This document shows, in pieces, positions 40,450-53,904 of a stretch of 64,000 nucleotides of DNA. The DNA lies in assembly GCA_051294375.1 (NCBI GenBank), contig CM119264.1:11569832-11633831 (forward strand), in the 5' to 3' direction. Numbering within the stretch: position 1 is the first letter of the stretch; the number at the start of each line of letters is the position of its first letter. The notes below the pieces were generated by a model that was not told where the DNA came from, did no database searches, and saw only the letters and a list, made by a program, of their open reading frames with translations. This DNA is from Paraspadella gotoi (Eukaryota > Animalia > Chaetognatha). A program made the translations under genes and the position numbers.

Positions 40450-41582
40450 ACTCACCCGAAACGACGTCGAAACGGAAAGGAGGTGATCCACATGGCGACG
40501 CCGCCCGCTCCGCGAGCGACGAAGATGTTGAATAGTGAGTCACTTCTTCCCTTCTCTGTCCCGGGTGGACACAGTACTGTCGGTGTCGAGTTTTTTGTAA
40601 TTGCATGAATGCCAAGATTGCAGGACTGACCAATCTGGCTTCGAAATGAATAGAATATCTGCACAGTGAATTTTCTAGCAGCTCGGGAAGACACACGACT
40701 TACTCAACTTGGCCCGATTCATATTTTATTCATCTCAACAGAAAGAGCTCCGTCTTGGCAGTTCTGACTTATTAAATAGACCCACACCGATGTTCCCCTT
40801 TAACATTTCTTGGCTCTTTATAGGCCTCTAAAGGCCAACCTGCCTCATTCAAGACACACCTTTAAGCACGGCCTCGTAGACGCCATAGTAGAAGAAGGCC
40901 GCCGACGACCGTCTCTGGCGACGGCGGCGTCCCATCCCTTAAAGAGCGTCCTCCATCCTTCGACGCGGACGACGTTTCGCGGACGAATCGACGGATCGGA
41001 GATTCGCGTCGCGATCGGAATCGATTCTGGGAAGTCAAAGGCCTGACTTACCTTTAATCTTTTCTTACTCTTTCAAAAACTCACCTTTGAGACACAGGTC
41101 TCTCTCATAACTTGCTATTTCTACAATTTGACGACTTCGGCGGGAGTCATCGCATAGGGCGAAGCCCACCGACGGACAAGCTTGCCTGAGAGAGAGAGAG
41201 AGAGAAGAGAGAGATGACGAGAGAGAGGAGAGAGGAGAGAGAGAGAGAGAGAGAAGGAGGAAAGGGGAAGAAACTAGGATTTATTATTTATTATGTGACG
41301 CTAATTCTAGAATTTCAAAATTATACCCAAAATATCTTTTTTTTAAAAAACGTTAAAACTAAGTGCTTTTAAAAACTAACAGGTGTTTTTAAAACAATTA
41401 CAAACTAGTGGAGATGGGATAGGGATTAGCCAGTAAATAAAAATTCTCCGCGTGATTTAAAAATGACTTTTTCTCTGCGGGTCAACTTATGTGAGAAAGA
41501 ATTGTCTTTTAAGATTCTTGCCTGAAATCTTCAATGCCTCTCTTTGACTTTATTCTCTTCTCTCTCTTCTCTTTCTCTCTCT

Positions 41583-41655
<73 letters not shown>

Positions 41656-43557
41656 TTGACATTCGTGGACCGACTTTTTATTGGTTTTCCTTTTTTTTCC
41701 ACTTTCTTTTCTTTTTTTCCTTTTTTTTCACTTTTTTCTCTTTTGTCTCCGCGTGTGCCAAGATTGATGGATAGAGGGGGGAGGGAAGAACGAAGGACGA
41801 AAAAAGCGATAGAGAGTGAATGAGACTGAGTGTGTTGAGAAGAGAGAGAGATGAAGAGAGAGAGGAGAGAGGAGAGAGAGATGAGAGAGAAGAGAGAAGT
41901 GAGAGAGAGAGAGATAGAGAAAGAGGAGAGAGAGAGTGATGTGAGATGAGTGGAGTGAGGTGAGAGAGTAGAGGAGAGAGAGAGAGAGAGGAGAGAGAGA
42001 AGAGAGAGAAGAGAGAGAGAGAGGAGAGAGAAGGAGGAGAGGAGAGAGAGAGATGAGAGGAAAGAGAGAGAGAGAGAAAAGAGAGAGAGATGATGGGAGC
42101 TAGAAAAAAAATGAAGATAGAGACAACGACTGTTAAAAAATGGCGGACAAAGATCAGACGACAAAAGACGTCGGTTCATTTAAACGCACTTCGTCAGAGA
42201 TGGCGCTCAGACAAGAAAGACGCCCAGGTGTTGTAAGATGCTCTTTTCAACTTTTGCATGTCCACATTTGATAAACGTTTTACTGCTTATTGTCGGTTTT
42301 ACTTTCAAATTACTAGTTTAATTAATCTTCGATCCACCGAGACTTTATTGCAAAAAAGTTTTCAACTTTCGTAATTTCATGGCAAGTCTATCCTTACCAG
42401 CCCGGCCTTTGTGTAAAAGGGCGTTAACTCTTCACGGAAATTCCCAAATTTTTGGCGAGTTTTCGTTGCATCCAGGGCATACAAGAAATTGAACAGAACG
42501 GTGCTCTCTAGGCAAGACCACCTGTAGAAGATCAGCTCAATATTATAAAACGCCTCCCGTGTAACGTAATGAATCTCCTGTCTCGTCCCGTTGGCTTGGT
42601 TCAGTTTAGTACTCGTTTTACCCAAGGTTCAATCCCTCACGGTCACTGCTGCGTGAAGGGTGATGGTGTTAGGCGTTTCGGCATAAACAATCAACATGCC
42701 AGAGGACATTGGGGTTGTCACTGCTAGGTCCGAAGCCCTGAGCGCCAGCTGTCGGGGAGATGCCTCAACGCCCCAGGCATCACACGTCTCCCGTATACCT
42801 ATACGATTAAATTTGAAAGGAAAAAAGATCGAAACGTCTCACCAATCAAATGAGTAAGACCGCAGTAAATTCCCTTGTAGCCTTCTTTCCAGTAAGTCTC
42901 TTTCAAACAGTGGGTCGTTCCTCGATAGTATTTGGGGTAGATTTGGAGTTTGGTCTTGGCCGTGTCGAGAGGTTGTCCCGTGATGACGTTTGACGGCGCC
43001 GCCCGCGCAGCCGCCGACACCAAGTTGATCATTGGGTCTAGAGGAGCGTTGACGCGATTGCGCGAGAACTTCCTGACCCGACAGATTTAAATCTATCGAA
43101 ATTACGTATCCTTTTACATTTCCTTATTTTTTACATCTAATTCCCCCTCTGAATTTCTTTGTTTTTTTCTCAGCCTGCATCTATTTCTCTAATTGATAAC
43201 GTATAATTAGTTCGCTCCCTCCGTTTGGCCCAGAGTTCTTTTCCTTCGTATGCAAACGAGATTTTAAATTTTTCCTGAATTTTTCCAGGTTCCAAACCAA
43301 CCGAAAAAAAACAAAAAGATAGAGAGCAAGAATGAGAAGGGACTGTTTTTTTAAATCCTTTTTATCACCGCTATTATATCTCTTTTTAAACTTCTTTGTC
43401 GGCGGCCTTTTTTTTTTTTTCTTCTCTTGGCCTACGAATTTTAGTGGAAATAAAAGATTTCGAGTTAATTGAGACGGAATTAGACGAAAAGAGGAACGAA
43501 AAATGGGAACAAAGAATTTAAGACACCGGGGAAAAAAGGCGAGCTTCTGTTTTTCTC

Positions 43558-43615
<58 letters not shown>

Positions 43616-46600
43616 ACCCGTTTTTTTAGAATTTAGATTGAAATTATTGCTCTTGGCGTCGGACTCGCCGACGGACGACGCGGGAGGGGCGCTGAATACC
43701 TCATTTCTCACTTCCGCGTGAAAAACTCCGAAGATTCCGGGGCGCGCGTCGTCGACGGTTACGTCCGACACTTAATTTAACAAAAGACGACCCTTTTTCG
43801 CGGTTTAAGGAGTAAAGGAAACGTTTTGCGTTGAATCTTTTCTCTTTACAAAATTGTTACGAGATTATGAATATGAATAACGTTTGATAGTGGCTCTCGC
43901 CTTTAAGCGACCCCTTACAACGATTATTACTATGTCCTAACTCGAGAAAAAACGAACCCCGATAATCAAAGTTAGGCGAGTTCGCATCGTGTTTCTCTTT
44001 CGCGAAAACGCGAGGGCGCCGTTCGAGGCCTTCGGGGCGAAATCGGCGTCGCCAAGATTCGATCCGGGCGCCGCTTCGTCGCTATCATCGTCGTCGTTTG
44101 TAGAAGAATTTAGGGCTCTTCGCGAGAAAAACATCGTAAACTCAAAATTTTAAAGCTTAAAATTTAAAACTCTTAGGATAAACTTTCTCGTATTTACAAT
44201 TTCAATTTGAGCGGAGAAACGATCGTGAAAGTACTGATAACGGCCAGAGTACGTTTTCGTAAAAGAAAAAATTAATCGACAGCTAAAAGCGCGGGGATTT
44301 GATAACGTGCTGTACGCAAAAAATGAAAAAGATCATAATTTATCTAAGGACATTCATTTCATTATTTTCTCTATAAGTCCGTGTAATTTTTTAACATTGT
44401 CTAATTTTAAATCATGTATTTTTCTTCTCCCACTTTCTCTCTCCTACCAATCGCCGCGGGAAATCTCAGCGTTAAGACAATTTCTACCTTTGGTAAAATG
44501 AAAAACATTGATATTTGATATGTAAAGAAGTTTTTATTAAAACTTTAACGTAGCAAGTTAGAAAACAAACATATTCGATACTTAGAAGGACAAAAATCTT
44601 CGCCGATTTTTTTCTTGTCCCTCTCGCTCGCCGCTATTATTTTTTTTATCTCACTCTTTCTAAATCCAAACGCAATTCCTATTCAATTCTTCGCCCCCCC
44701 CAGGGCGATATTTCCCCGCTTTTTTTTTCTCCGCGTTTTGGACATTTTTCTTTTTTCTTTTTTTCTCCGAACGCTTTTTTAGGAACCCCTTTTTTTGTCT
44801 TTTTTTTTTCGGCTGAGGCTCGCAATAAGTATTTTCTCGTTTTTCCTGCCTTCGATCCCCGAGCGATAATTCTGGAAAGCGAGAAGCTTCCTTAACTTGT
44901 TTTATTTTTCCTTTTTTTGGGGGGGGGGTTTAAGGGAGAAATCCTACTCCTGCCCTTTCTCTCTTTATTTTTCACGTTACCTCCCTTTCACCTTCTCACC
45001 TCTCGCCCTCTCGCCCACTTTCTTCCTCTTTTCACCCCTTGTACGCGTGTCTCCCTTCTCCATATTTTCTTACCCCTCTCTATCTCTCTCTCGTCCCGCG
45101 CAACGGCAAGTGCGTCCCCAGACCATTGTAGCATGCATATTATTCTCATTCGTTTCAACGCTCTTTCTCTTCTTTTTCTCTTTTCTCTCTCTGGTTTTTC
45201 TCTCTGTTATTTTTTAGAACAGCTTTGAGCATCGAGAAGAGAGAATAGAGAATAAGAGAGGTAGAGATAGAGAGAGAGAGAGATGAAGCAGAGAACGGAT
45301 GAGAGAGAGACGATGAGAGAGAGAGAGAGAGGAGCAGAGAGATGAGAGAAGGGGAAAGAAAGGAGGAAGGGGGGGGGGGGGGTAAGAGCAGGCGAGAGAT
45401 CGTTAGGAATGCCCGCGGCGGTCGAGCGTTGTAAAAGAATAATATGGCGGCTTCCCCTCCGCCTCAAACCGCGTCACTCTAGCGCTCACAACGCTCCGTC
45501 AATCTCGCGTCATTCCGTCACGCGCTCGGCCCATTGATATTCCCTGCGTCTGAGCTCCAAATCCCGAAAGTTATTTCTTTTTCTATTTTTTTCCAAGTTT
45601 TCTCTCTCTTAATTCCTCGAATCTCTCGACGCCAAGAAGATTTTTTGGGTTTGAAAGGAAAGTTAGGTCTTTGAGAGAAGAAGAAGAAATAGAAAAAGTC
45701 TTGATAGTGGAAGCGAAATAAGAAAAGTCTTGAGAGAGGAAGCGAAATAGAAAATTGGAAAGAATAGAAACGCGTTGGAAGCCAGAGAAAACAAAGAGAG
45801 AAAAAAACGAGGCGGAAAAAATTGAAAAACTAGATAAATTTTGAGAAACGAAATTTTTAAGGGAAAAACTGATTGAAATTTCCAAACTGAAAATGTCATA
45901 GCCAACCCACTGCAAGGCGGAAGGCAAGCAACAAATCCTAAAAGGCTGTTTGAAAGGCGGAGACACCCGTATGGGCCGCAGCAAACCAATTGAGAAGAAT
46001 TCGAAACTGGTAGGGCAAAAAGAAGAACAATCTCTAGCGAAGTAACCTTCTCAGAAAAGAAAAAAAAAATAAGTTTGAAAAGATAAAAAAAAGTTTCTGC
46101 CCGCAAGATTCCGAGGAGGAAAAAAAACAATTGATTAGCATCGAATGCGCGCTCACGGTGGCGGAATTACGATTTTCGAGTCGCCTTTATGCCGAGAGTA
46201 ATAGGCTCTGAAAGCGACTCTATGGGGCTAAAGTTGTCGAAATCATATGGGGAAAGAAATGCTGTGCTGTTGTCGTTATTATTCTTCTTTTTTTGGGAGG
46301 GCGGGGTTTTTAAAGCTTCTTCCCCAAATCGCGTCTTTTAACGAGAATTAAGCAAAAGGGAGCAAAACTCGTTCAGAAGACATTCGAATCCGATTCCCAA
46401 TTACATCCGGGATAAACTTTCGGTAGAGAGAGAACGGTTGTTTGAATTAATTTGTAAGAATAAGATCAAATTCCGCCGCCGATGTCGCCACGACCGATAC
46501 TTACTCTTATTCTCCGGCGAAGATGAGGAGGACGACGACGACGACGACGACGACGACGACTTACGACACGACGACGACGTACGAGACGTACGACGACGAG

Positions 46601-47452
46601 GAGAGAGACACTTGGTTCCATTAGCGCTTACGCTTTCCTACCGTCGACCAACAAAGAAAAAACATGAGTAGGGACAAGAAGGAAAAAGCGATTAGAAGCG
46701 AAAAAAATAGAAGCGGGGCCCGATTATTAGGCCACTAACTCGACGATAACTTCTATAACTGCCTCCGCGATTTAGCATAATGATAACCGGAAAGCCCGAG
46801 AGTGCGCGGGCACCGACGCTTGACGTACTGCTGGCGCCACGGTGCGCCGCCCAACAGCAGCAGCAGGTTCGTAATAACTATCTCTCTCTTTTTNNNNNNN
46901 NNNNNNNNNNNNNNNNNNAGAGGGAGTCCGAAATCCAATTCTGATGACGAGACATAACAGCGAGAAGAGAAATTTCGGCGTCGGGAGATTTTGTAAATTA
47001 TGTTTTCAATTTTGGTGACGTCGTTGAAGACATTTATCTTATGGCGACGGAAGGCTTCCCCGAGCGGGCGGCGAAACGGGGGGGGGGACGGCGTGAGTGG
47101 GAAGGATACCCCTGTTGACTCATTTCGTCCTCAATGCTATCTTGCATTTGAATCCCACCGCTCGGCGAACTTTACGATTTAGGATTTTTTATAATTTATT
47201 TACTCTCTTCGTCGTTTCGTTTCAATGGCGCTTGGTTTAACTTAAAAGAGCTCCGACTTCAGTCGTCCTCGTTCTTTTTTTTTTGTTTTTTTTTTTTTCA
47301 TGTGTGTCCTTAACCTTTCGAACTTTTTCAGCATTTCCCAACCGCAGATAGGTTTTATTATCCAGAATTTTTTATCGTGTTTTCAGAGGGAGCCTGACTT
47401 TGCCTCTATCGGTGTTGCATTGTACTTATTTATTCATCATCTATCTCTTCTT

Positions 47453-47483
<31 letters not shown>

Positions 47484-48491
47484 TTCGTTCTCTCTCTCCC
47501 TCATCTCTCTCTCTCTCTCTCTCACATCTCTCTTCTGCATCCATTCTCCCACTACGCCGTCTTCCACAGGCGCGGATGCAAAACAAGACGACGAAAAAGG
47601 GAACTAAGGGGAAATGGGGTTTAGCGATGGCGCGCGCAATTTATTCGTCGGAGGGAGTCTCCGCCCTGTGGAGCGGGATTCGGCCGATCCTGATCAGGTG
47701 GGTGAAGCATCAGGTGGAGAAGGGAACCGAGGTTCAGGCGGGAATCGGGGATTCAGGCGGAGGACAAGATCATGTTGGGATGGGAAGGGGATTAGGCTGG
47801 TAAGTGGATTGTTGGGATTTATACGGGGAGACAGAAAGGTAAGGGGCGGAGACTAGGATCGAGCGAGGAATTAGTCGTATTAGATTAGAGTAAAAACTTT
47901 TCAATGATGATTAAAGTTAAAATTGCCGAAAATTTTAGTAAATAGTTATGAATTTTTGAAAAAAAAATAAAATGTTTACAAACAACGATTTTATTTTAAA
48001 AAATAGACAAGTTTCGGCTTTGATACAAGCCTTCTTCAGCCCAAAACAGAAAAAACCCTTGCCATTTCAATCTGAAATGAAAGAAATGAAGGAATTTTAT
48101 CGGAGGAACTAATGAATGTAATCATTCGTTTATAATTCAGTTAAATTCACCTTTTTATAATTTTTTTTCATAATAAAATAGAAGTAAAATTGATATATAG
48201 CTATTAAGGCGGGCCAAAATTGATCACTTTTTATCATTAAGAGTTCTGTAATATAAAATTCATTTGTTCATCATATACTTAATCAATATTTAACTAGTGA
48301 AGCACAGTATAACATTAAAGCGTTATTAATATTATTAATAGCTATATCTATAACCTATATCTGTCTTTCTCAGGACCATCCCAGGCTGCGGTCTCTTCTT
48401 CGTCGTCTACGAAAGCCTTCGATCGAACCTTCGGAATTTCTTCCTCGATCCCGAACCAAACCTCAAAGAGTTCGTCGATAAGAGACATTGA
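37392..48491 (+). CDS. SLC25 mitochondrial carrier, ornithine/basic amino acid carrier (SLC25A15/A29/A45)-like; spliced gene
   Basis: Exons: 37392 (ATG 37431)-37619 (LVSGCAGGAVNVITGQPLDTAKTKLQ...KEGYKGIYCGLTPNL); 37928-38045; 39428-39524 (TPAEVVKCRIQ, 1-nt slip); 39584-39744 (EGWRTLFKGMDAAVARDVVGGFFYFGVYE); ~40007-gap (complete only in the inverted copy, 40456-40576: GGVAMWITSFPFDVV); 47570-47697 (ARMQ...EGVSALWSGIRPILIR); 48374-48491 (TIPGCGLFFVVYE...*). The Px[DE]xxKxR/K carrier signature is clear in repeats 1 and 2 and partial in repeat 3. Splice sites are GT-AG with consistent phases where the sequence is clean. Confidence 0.9.
37668..37870 (-). mobile_element. Intronic SINE-like element: tRNA-like head plus twister-like core (second family member)
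   Basis: On - strand: TGGCTTGGTCAGTTTAG (weak A-box-like), GGTTCAATCCC (B box), then GCUGGU-GAA-GGGU-GA-UGG-UGUU...AACA-AUCAACAU-GC-CAGAGAC...GUCACUG-CAGG-UCCGAAGC-CCUG-AGC-GCCAGC, then GAGAUGCC...GGCAUCACA as in 23733-23760. Confidence 0.6.
40068..46893 (-). other. Indel-rich inverted duplicate of ~33768-40057, probably a long-read gap-fill or misassembly artefact
   Basis: 40456-46874 is the reverse complement of 33768-40057, extended to the end of carrier exon 5, with scattered 1-nt indels. It is bounded by N gaps (40058-67 and 46894-918). 40068-40445 is a third, forward copy of ~38993-39420 joined through a (CT)n tract. Confidence 0.85.
47990..48045 (-). mobile_element. Penelope-like element terminal remnant with a minimal type I hammerhead ribozyme
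   Basis: Minus strand reads GGG-CTGAAGA-A-GGCTT-gtatca-AAGCC-GAAAC-TT-GTC. The core is intact, stem II has 5 bp, stem III is minimal and the triplet is GUC, followed by AATAAA (47995-47990). Stem I pairs poorly. Confidence 0.7.
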
Positions 48492-50041
48492 CTTTTCCCG
48501 CCAATGCCGCTCTCGATTTAACGAGTTTGTTAGCGTGGTAATCATGAATTCACTAATGATTCAGAAGCGTTAATTCGTATATTAATCTGCACAAGTATAA
48601 TTTAATTTTCAGATTTTTTGCTAAGTTAAATAAATATAATAAATTATATAGCAAAGTAACTTGATTATAACTAAAAAGAAGCTCAATTTTCGTGCGTGAA
48701 AGGTCAACGGGAAAGGTCAATGACTCCAGTTCTATAACACAACCGAGGATAAACTTTGACGGGCGCCTCGAGGAGAGAGAAACTTCTCGGTCGCCGGATG
48801 AACCCGATCCATGAGTTACGATGTTACCCCCTTACTAATGTTTTTTTTTTGTGAATTGCTCAATGTTTAATTTCTTGATTCCATGTCTTTAATTATCCAC
48901 GTTTATTCACCCGTTAAATTGGGTTGATGCTTTTCACGGAATTTGTCCTGAGGGGGTAAGTTTTAGGATTTTTTTTTTTTTTTTGGTATCATTTCTTGTG
49001 CGTGCATCCGACAGGTTATTTGGGAAAACGGCGGGAAAAAAAATGGCTTAAAATCTCTCTCTCTTCTCTTCTTTCTCTTCTCCTCTCTTCTCTCTCTCTC
49101 TCTCTCCTCTTCTCTCTTCTCTCTCGTCAGAAATCTAATTTTAACGGCTTTAAAAAAGAGAGGAAAAAAAATGTTAAAAAAAATGAAAGAAAAGGTTTTT
49201 CGGTTTTGGCGAAAATGGCGGTAAAACGTCAGAGAAGACGGGAACTCGATTCGCGGGGAAATTTTCCGATTTCATTTGGGAAATCGCGAGAGGAGATTTT
49301 TCGTCGTCACTCCTCGGAGACGAAGGTGTGACGATGGGTGGGGTTTCCTCTCACGCCCAGAGAGTGACGAAGATTTGGCGAAGGGGTCGATGTTGCGCGT
49401 TAACCCCCAAGGCTGCTTTACTTGGTTGGGGTGTGTCCGAAAAAGATAATAAAAATGGGAAACATTTGCTATCCCTCGATGGTATAAACTAAAAGGATTC
49501 TTTGAAAGTATTAAAAATGTTGTTTATTGTAAAGCCTAAAGCGTTGTATCGTGGGAGATTGAAAAGAATTCATTAAAACTGAAAGGATTTTAAATGGGAG
49601 TTTCGGGAAAATGCGAAACTGTGAGAGACCCAGCCATGGGTGCGGCGATTCCGACTCCCCGGCGCCTTTCACCGGCGCCGATAAAAAAGCCGGGAGTCGC
49701 GATTACGTTTTAATTGCGTCTTTGAGAAAATTAGTTTCGAGCTACGGAGATGATGGTGGCGACGACGACGATTACGACGACGACGAAGCCGACGAAGACG
49801 ACGACGACCACTGCAGTGAGGTCGAATAACGAAACGCGAAATGAGAACGTCACTGCCGAATGCCGTCGCTATCAGCGTCAAAGATGGCATTGTCTCTCCT
49901 GATGGCATCGCCGTCACCCCGACGCTTCCAACAAAGATCGTTCCATTTCGCCAGATTAATGCCGCAGGATAAAAGAGAGAAGGAAAAGATGAGGGGAAGG
50001 GGAAGAGGGGAGAGAAAAAAGAATAATAGAAAGTATGTTTA

Positions 50042-50145
<104 letters not shown>

Positions 50146-53100
50146 GACGATAAAACTCGCATAATCGTCCACAGGTCGGTAAAAAACAGCTCGTAGTCTG
50201 AAACGAGTCTCGCAGTTATTTTGCGTTTTTGTTTGATGGGTTTTCAGCAACTTTACGAAAAGAGAAACAAAACAAAACAGTTGAGGGAAACGCAAACATG
50301 AACGTCCTCGTGGATCAGTTTGATTAAAAGTTTAACATCTACCGCTAACAGCTTACCTTATTTAATAATATATAAAGCTGACAATTTTCGAGATAAATCT
50401 CCCTCCGCTCGCCAAAATGCGCCTTAATCACCCTTTGTCGACAATGGCGTGCCAACAATTCTCAGCAATGCTCACCGGAGCGTGTCATAACGCGAGAGAG
50501 TTTTTGGCCTCGAGTTTTTGCCGGAACTCACCGGAACGCGGCGGGCGCGGTGTCGCACGCGGAGGCAAAGACCTCGTTCCGTTTCTCCTATGATGGATGA
50601 AAACTTTTCGTGACTTCCGCCGCAAACCGGAAACTGTTGGCGGAGGAAAATCGGAAGCGCGGAGAGAAGCGATCGAGGGCGTGGTGATGGAGGGGGAGGG
50701 GAGAGAGTGGAGGAGAAAAAAAGAGAGGGAGCTGACGAGATGGAGAAGAGGAGACCGGCGCCGGAAGTACAACGAGAAGAGGGCCTCTCATATTACGAGC
50801 GGAGGATGGAAGGAAACGACGGCGAAGATGCCAGTCTGACGAATGGCATCGAGTTGAGGTGGCGTCGCCCTTTGATCGCGGCATCGCTTCGCGGACATGA
50901 ATTTAAAGATGCCGACGCTCGGTCTCTACGATTTATAACCGAAGAGAAAAAAAAAGGAGCAGCAAGAAGAAACTATGAAAAAAAAAGTTTACGGATTTTC
51001 ATATGTAGTTACGATCTCAAAAGGGTCCCCGATCCCCCGACCGTGTCAAAAGGAAGCTCCAAAAACAGTTTGTAAATTTTAATGCGATTGTGTCTTTTTA
51101 TCTGTTATTACAATCGGAAAAAAAAAGAGCAAACTCGGTTTATCGGTTTATCTCAAAAATTTGAAAGGAAAAGTGATTAAATATCTTCTTTAAGGTCACT
51201 TTAATTTACATTCAAAGTTATGACTAAATAAATTTTTAAAAAATCGATTTTTCCTAAAACAAAAACAGGAAAAAAAACGTTAAAAGATGAAAAATAACAG
51301 GACGAACCATCTCGTTGCCGGGGAAGTGAAAAAATGATAATAAATTTTAAAAAACCTGTCGTCCACGTCGCTTCAGGTGAAAAAAAATATGAGAAATGGA
51401 TGCAGTTTATTTATTTATTTTATTTTATTTTATTTCATTTTTTTTGCATTGCGAAATTGCGGTGAGCCAAACCTTTCGTATCTATCTTTTTTTCGCTCGT
51501 TCCTTTCGTTCATTTGTCTTTCCTTTTTGTCCAATGTCCAACGCATCTGGCTCTCCCATTTTTGGCCATGATCAATCAGAGACTTCTTCCTTAAGTTTAT
51601 CTCTTAATCTGTATGTCCGTCTCGCCATTCTGCCATGGTCTCTAGGTTTTCCCCTTCCGCGATTTTTACCTTTTTTTTCACTCTCCAATACCCTCTTTTC
51701 CTCCTCTCTCTCTCTCGCTCTCTATCTCTGCGTGTGAGACTCGATTCGCTCTCCCCCTCTTTCTCTCTACGACCAGGCCATCCTTCTTCCGCCACTCATC
51801 GCCTGACAAACTTTTCGCTCGTAATGAGAAGTTTTCGGTGCGCCGGATTCCGGCAGCCGGTCGTCGGTTGCCGATTGGCGTCTCAAAAACTCGTTATTTC
51901 GTTTTGAGCGAGTCTTCTCGAAAAAAAAAGAAGACAGGTGCTCGGTGAAACTCATTTTTTTTTCGCTTTAGACAGATTTTCATCGCGAAACCTTTTCTGC
52001 TTCGCGGAATCCTGATTTCCCTTATCCAAGTCATGATTTTTTTTCTTAAATTGACCTAAAAGTAGGGTTTTTATAATTTTTTAAATCAATACTTTTAACC
52101 AATCAAAGGCTGGTTTGAAATTAATATCATTTATTTCTGTTTCGGCTTTCTAGTTTTGTCTATCTTTAGATCTGGGGTTTCACTTTCAAAAAAAAAAAAG
52201 AAAAAAAGGAAATATATGGCAACTGCGTAGCAATGGCAGAAACTACAGGGGAAAGACGCTCATCGTAGGAGTTTATTGACTTTGTCCTGACATCGCCGAC
52301 GTTCGAGACTAACTTTTTCTGTGACGCCACCGACCCAGCGTTTGTCTCGAGACTCATTCTCCATAACGCCGGACAGATGAATGTCATTGTTCAACGAGTC
52401 TCTGCTACGCGTCACAATAAAACCGACACGAGACCAACGATCGCTGTAAGAAGCTCCGGTTGTAAAAAATCAGTGCGTTAACGTTTCAGAGAAACGAGAG
52501 AAAAAGAGTTGTTTTCACAAAAGGAGCGAGATAAAAAAAAAAAACACAGTAAAAGCGAAATGAAAAAAAAAAAATTCTGTGTGTGTTTTGCCTCCCGTTT
52601 GAAAGAAGATGAAAGGAACGAAAACGGTCGGTCGGTCAGAAAGCTGAGAAAAGACAGATGGAGAGGGAGGCGTGGGGGGGGGGGAAGGGGGGGAGGAAGC
52701 GAAGAGAGAGAGAGATGGTGTGAAACCGGTGAAGCGCGTGAAGGTTCTCCTATGGGAAATCAAATTTTTTACAACCCCCGCCATTAAAATCCTACTCAGA
52801 AGTCGGACCAGATGACGACGACCAGTGGAGAGGCCGAAAGGAAGGAAAGAAGGAGAAAATCATAGGAGGAAAGAAGGAGACGAAGATTAAGAAGTGAAGA
52901 AGAAGATGGAGACAATGTCGGCGGGGGAAAGTTCAAAACGAAAGTTCAAGTAAAGAATTTATCTATGATTCGTTATTTGGTCCCCAAATATAAATAGAGT
53001 GTTCGTTCTCCTTTCGAGTTAAACGGAAACTCAACTCGATTTGTGAGTAATTAATACAAAAAGGATAACCAAAGTTTTGATAATTTGATCATGTTAAAAT

Positions 53101-53844
53101 GGCAATTGAAAAAAAAAAAGAATTAGCAGAAGAGTTTGATCTAAAAATAAATGGCGTGACGTCCTGTGTGATCTTACAGATCGGATTCACCTCAGGGAAA
53201 AGGAAATAAAAAAGGAAAAGAAACCAGGGAAAGACGGAAACAGGACGAGGGAATGTTTGCTCTCCTTTTCGGCCGGAAATCCGGACTCCGAAGAAGAAGA
53301 CGGAGAATCGCCGCCGAGAAATATCGGCAAAAATATGATGTCAGGGATGGAAAAGAGAAATTATAAAAAGTTTTTATTCAATGTGTACACCGCCAATTTT
53401 TTTTTTTCGCTTCCGCGAAGGAGAAAGAAAAATTAGAGAAGAAAACCGATAACCTGCCTCGGAAATTTTCTTGCGATGAAAAAGTCTTTGCTCCGTATGG
53501 AAATCAGGTTCAAATTCGTCTCCTCTGGTTTTTGCCGTCTTAACGCCATATTTCAATGAAAGTCATTTAAAGTTTTAATTTAGGGTCATGCTGTTAAAAA
53601 TGCTAGTCCGTCTTAAATTATCACCGATCAGAAAGGGTATTAATATTACCACCAATTTTTTAAAAATCAGCGAAACTGAACCAAATTTTTCCGTCGTTAA
53701 ATCTTTCGCTTGTCCAGCACCTTCTCGTTTTTTCACCATCAAGTCCCGACGACAATTTCATCAACGGAGAAAACGTCGTTAGGAAGGCGATCACGTTCGG
53801 AGGCGGATAAGTTATCAGCGGGGCGAAAAAAGTAGGTTTGCGAA

Positions 53845-53904
<60 letters not shown>

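Noticed and set aside
40456-43060. Second SLC25 paralogue or pseudogene on - strand
   Set aside because: It has the same introns and exons with random 1-nt indels and lies between gaps, which is better explained as an error-prone duplicate read.
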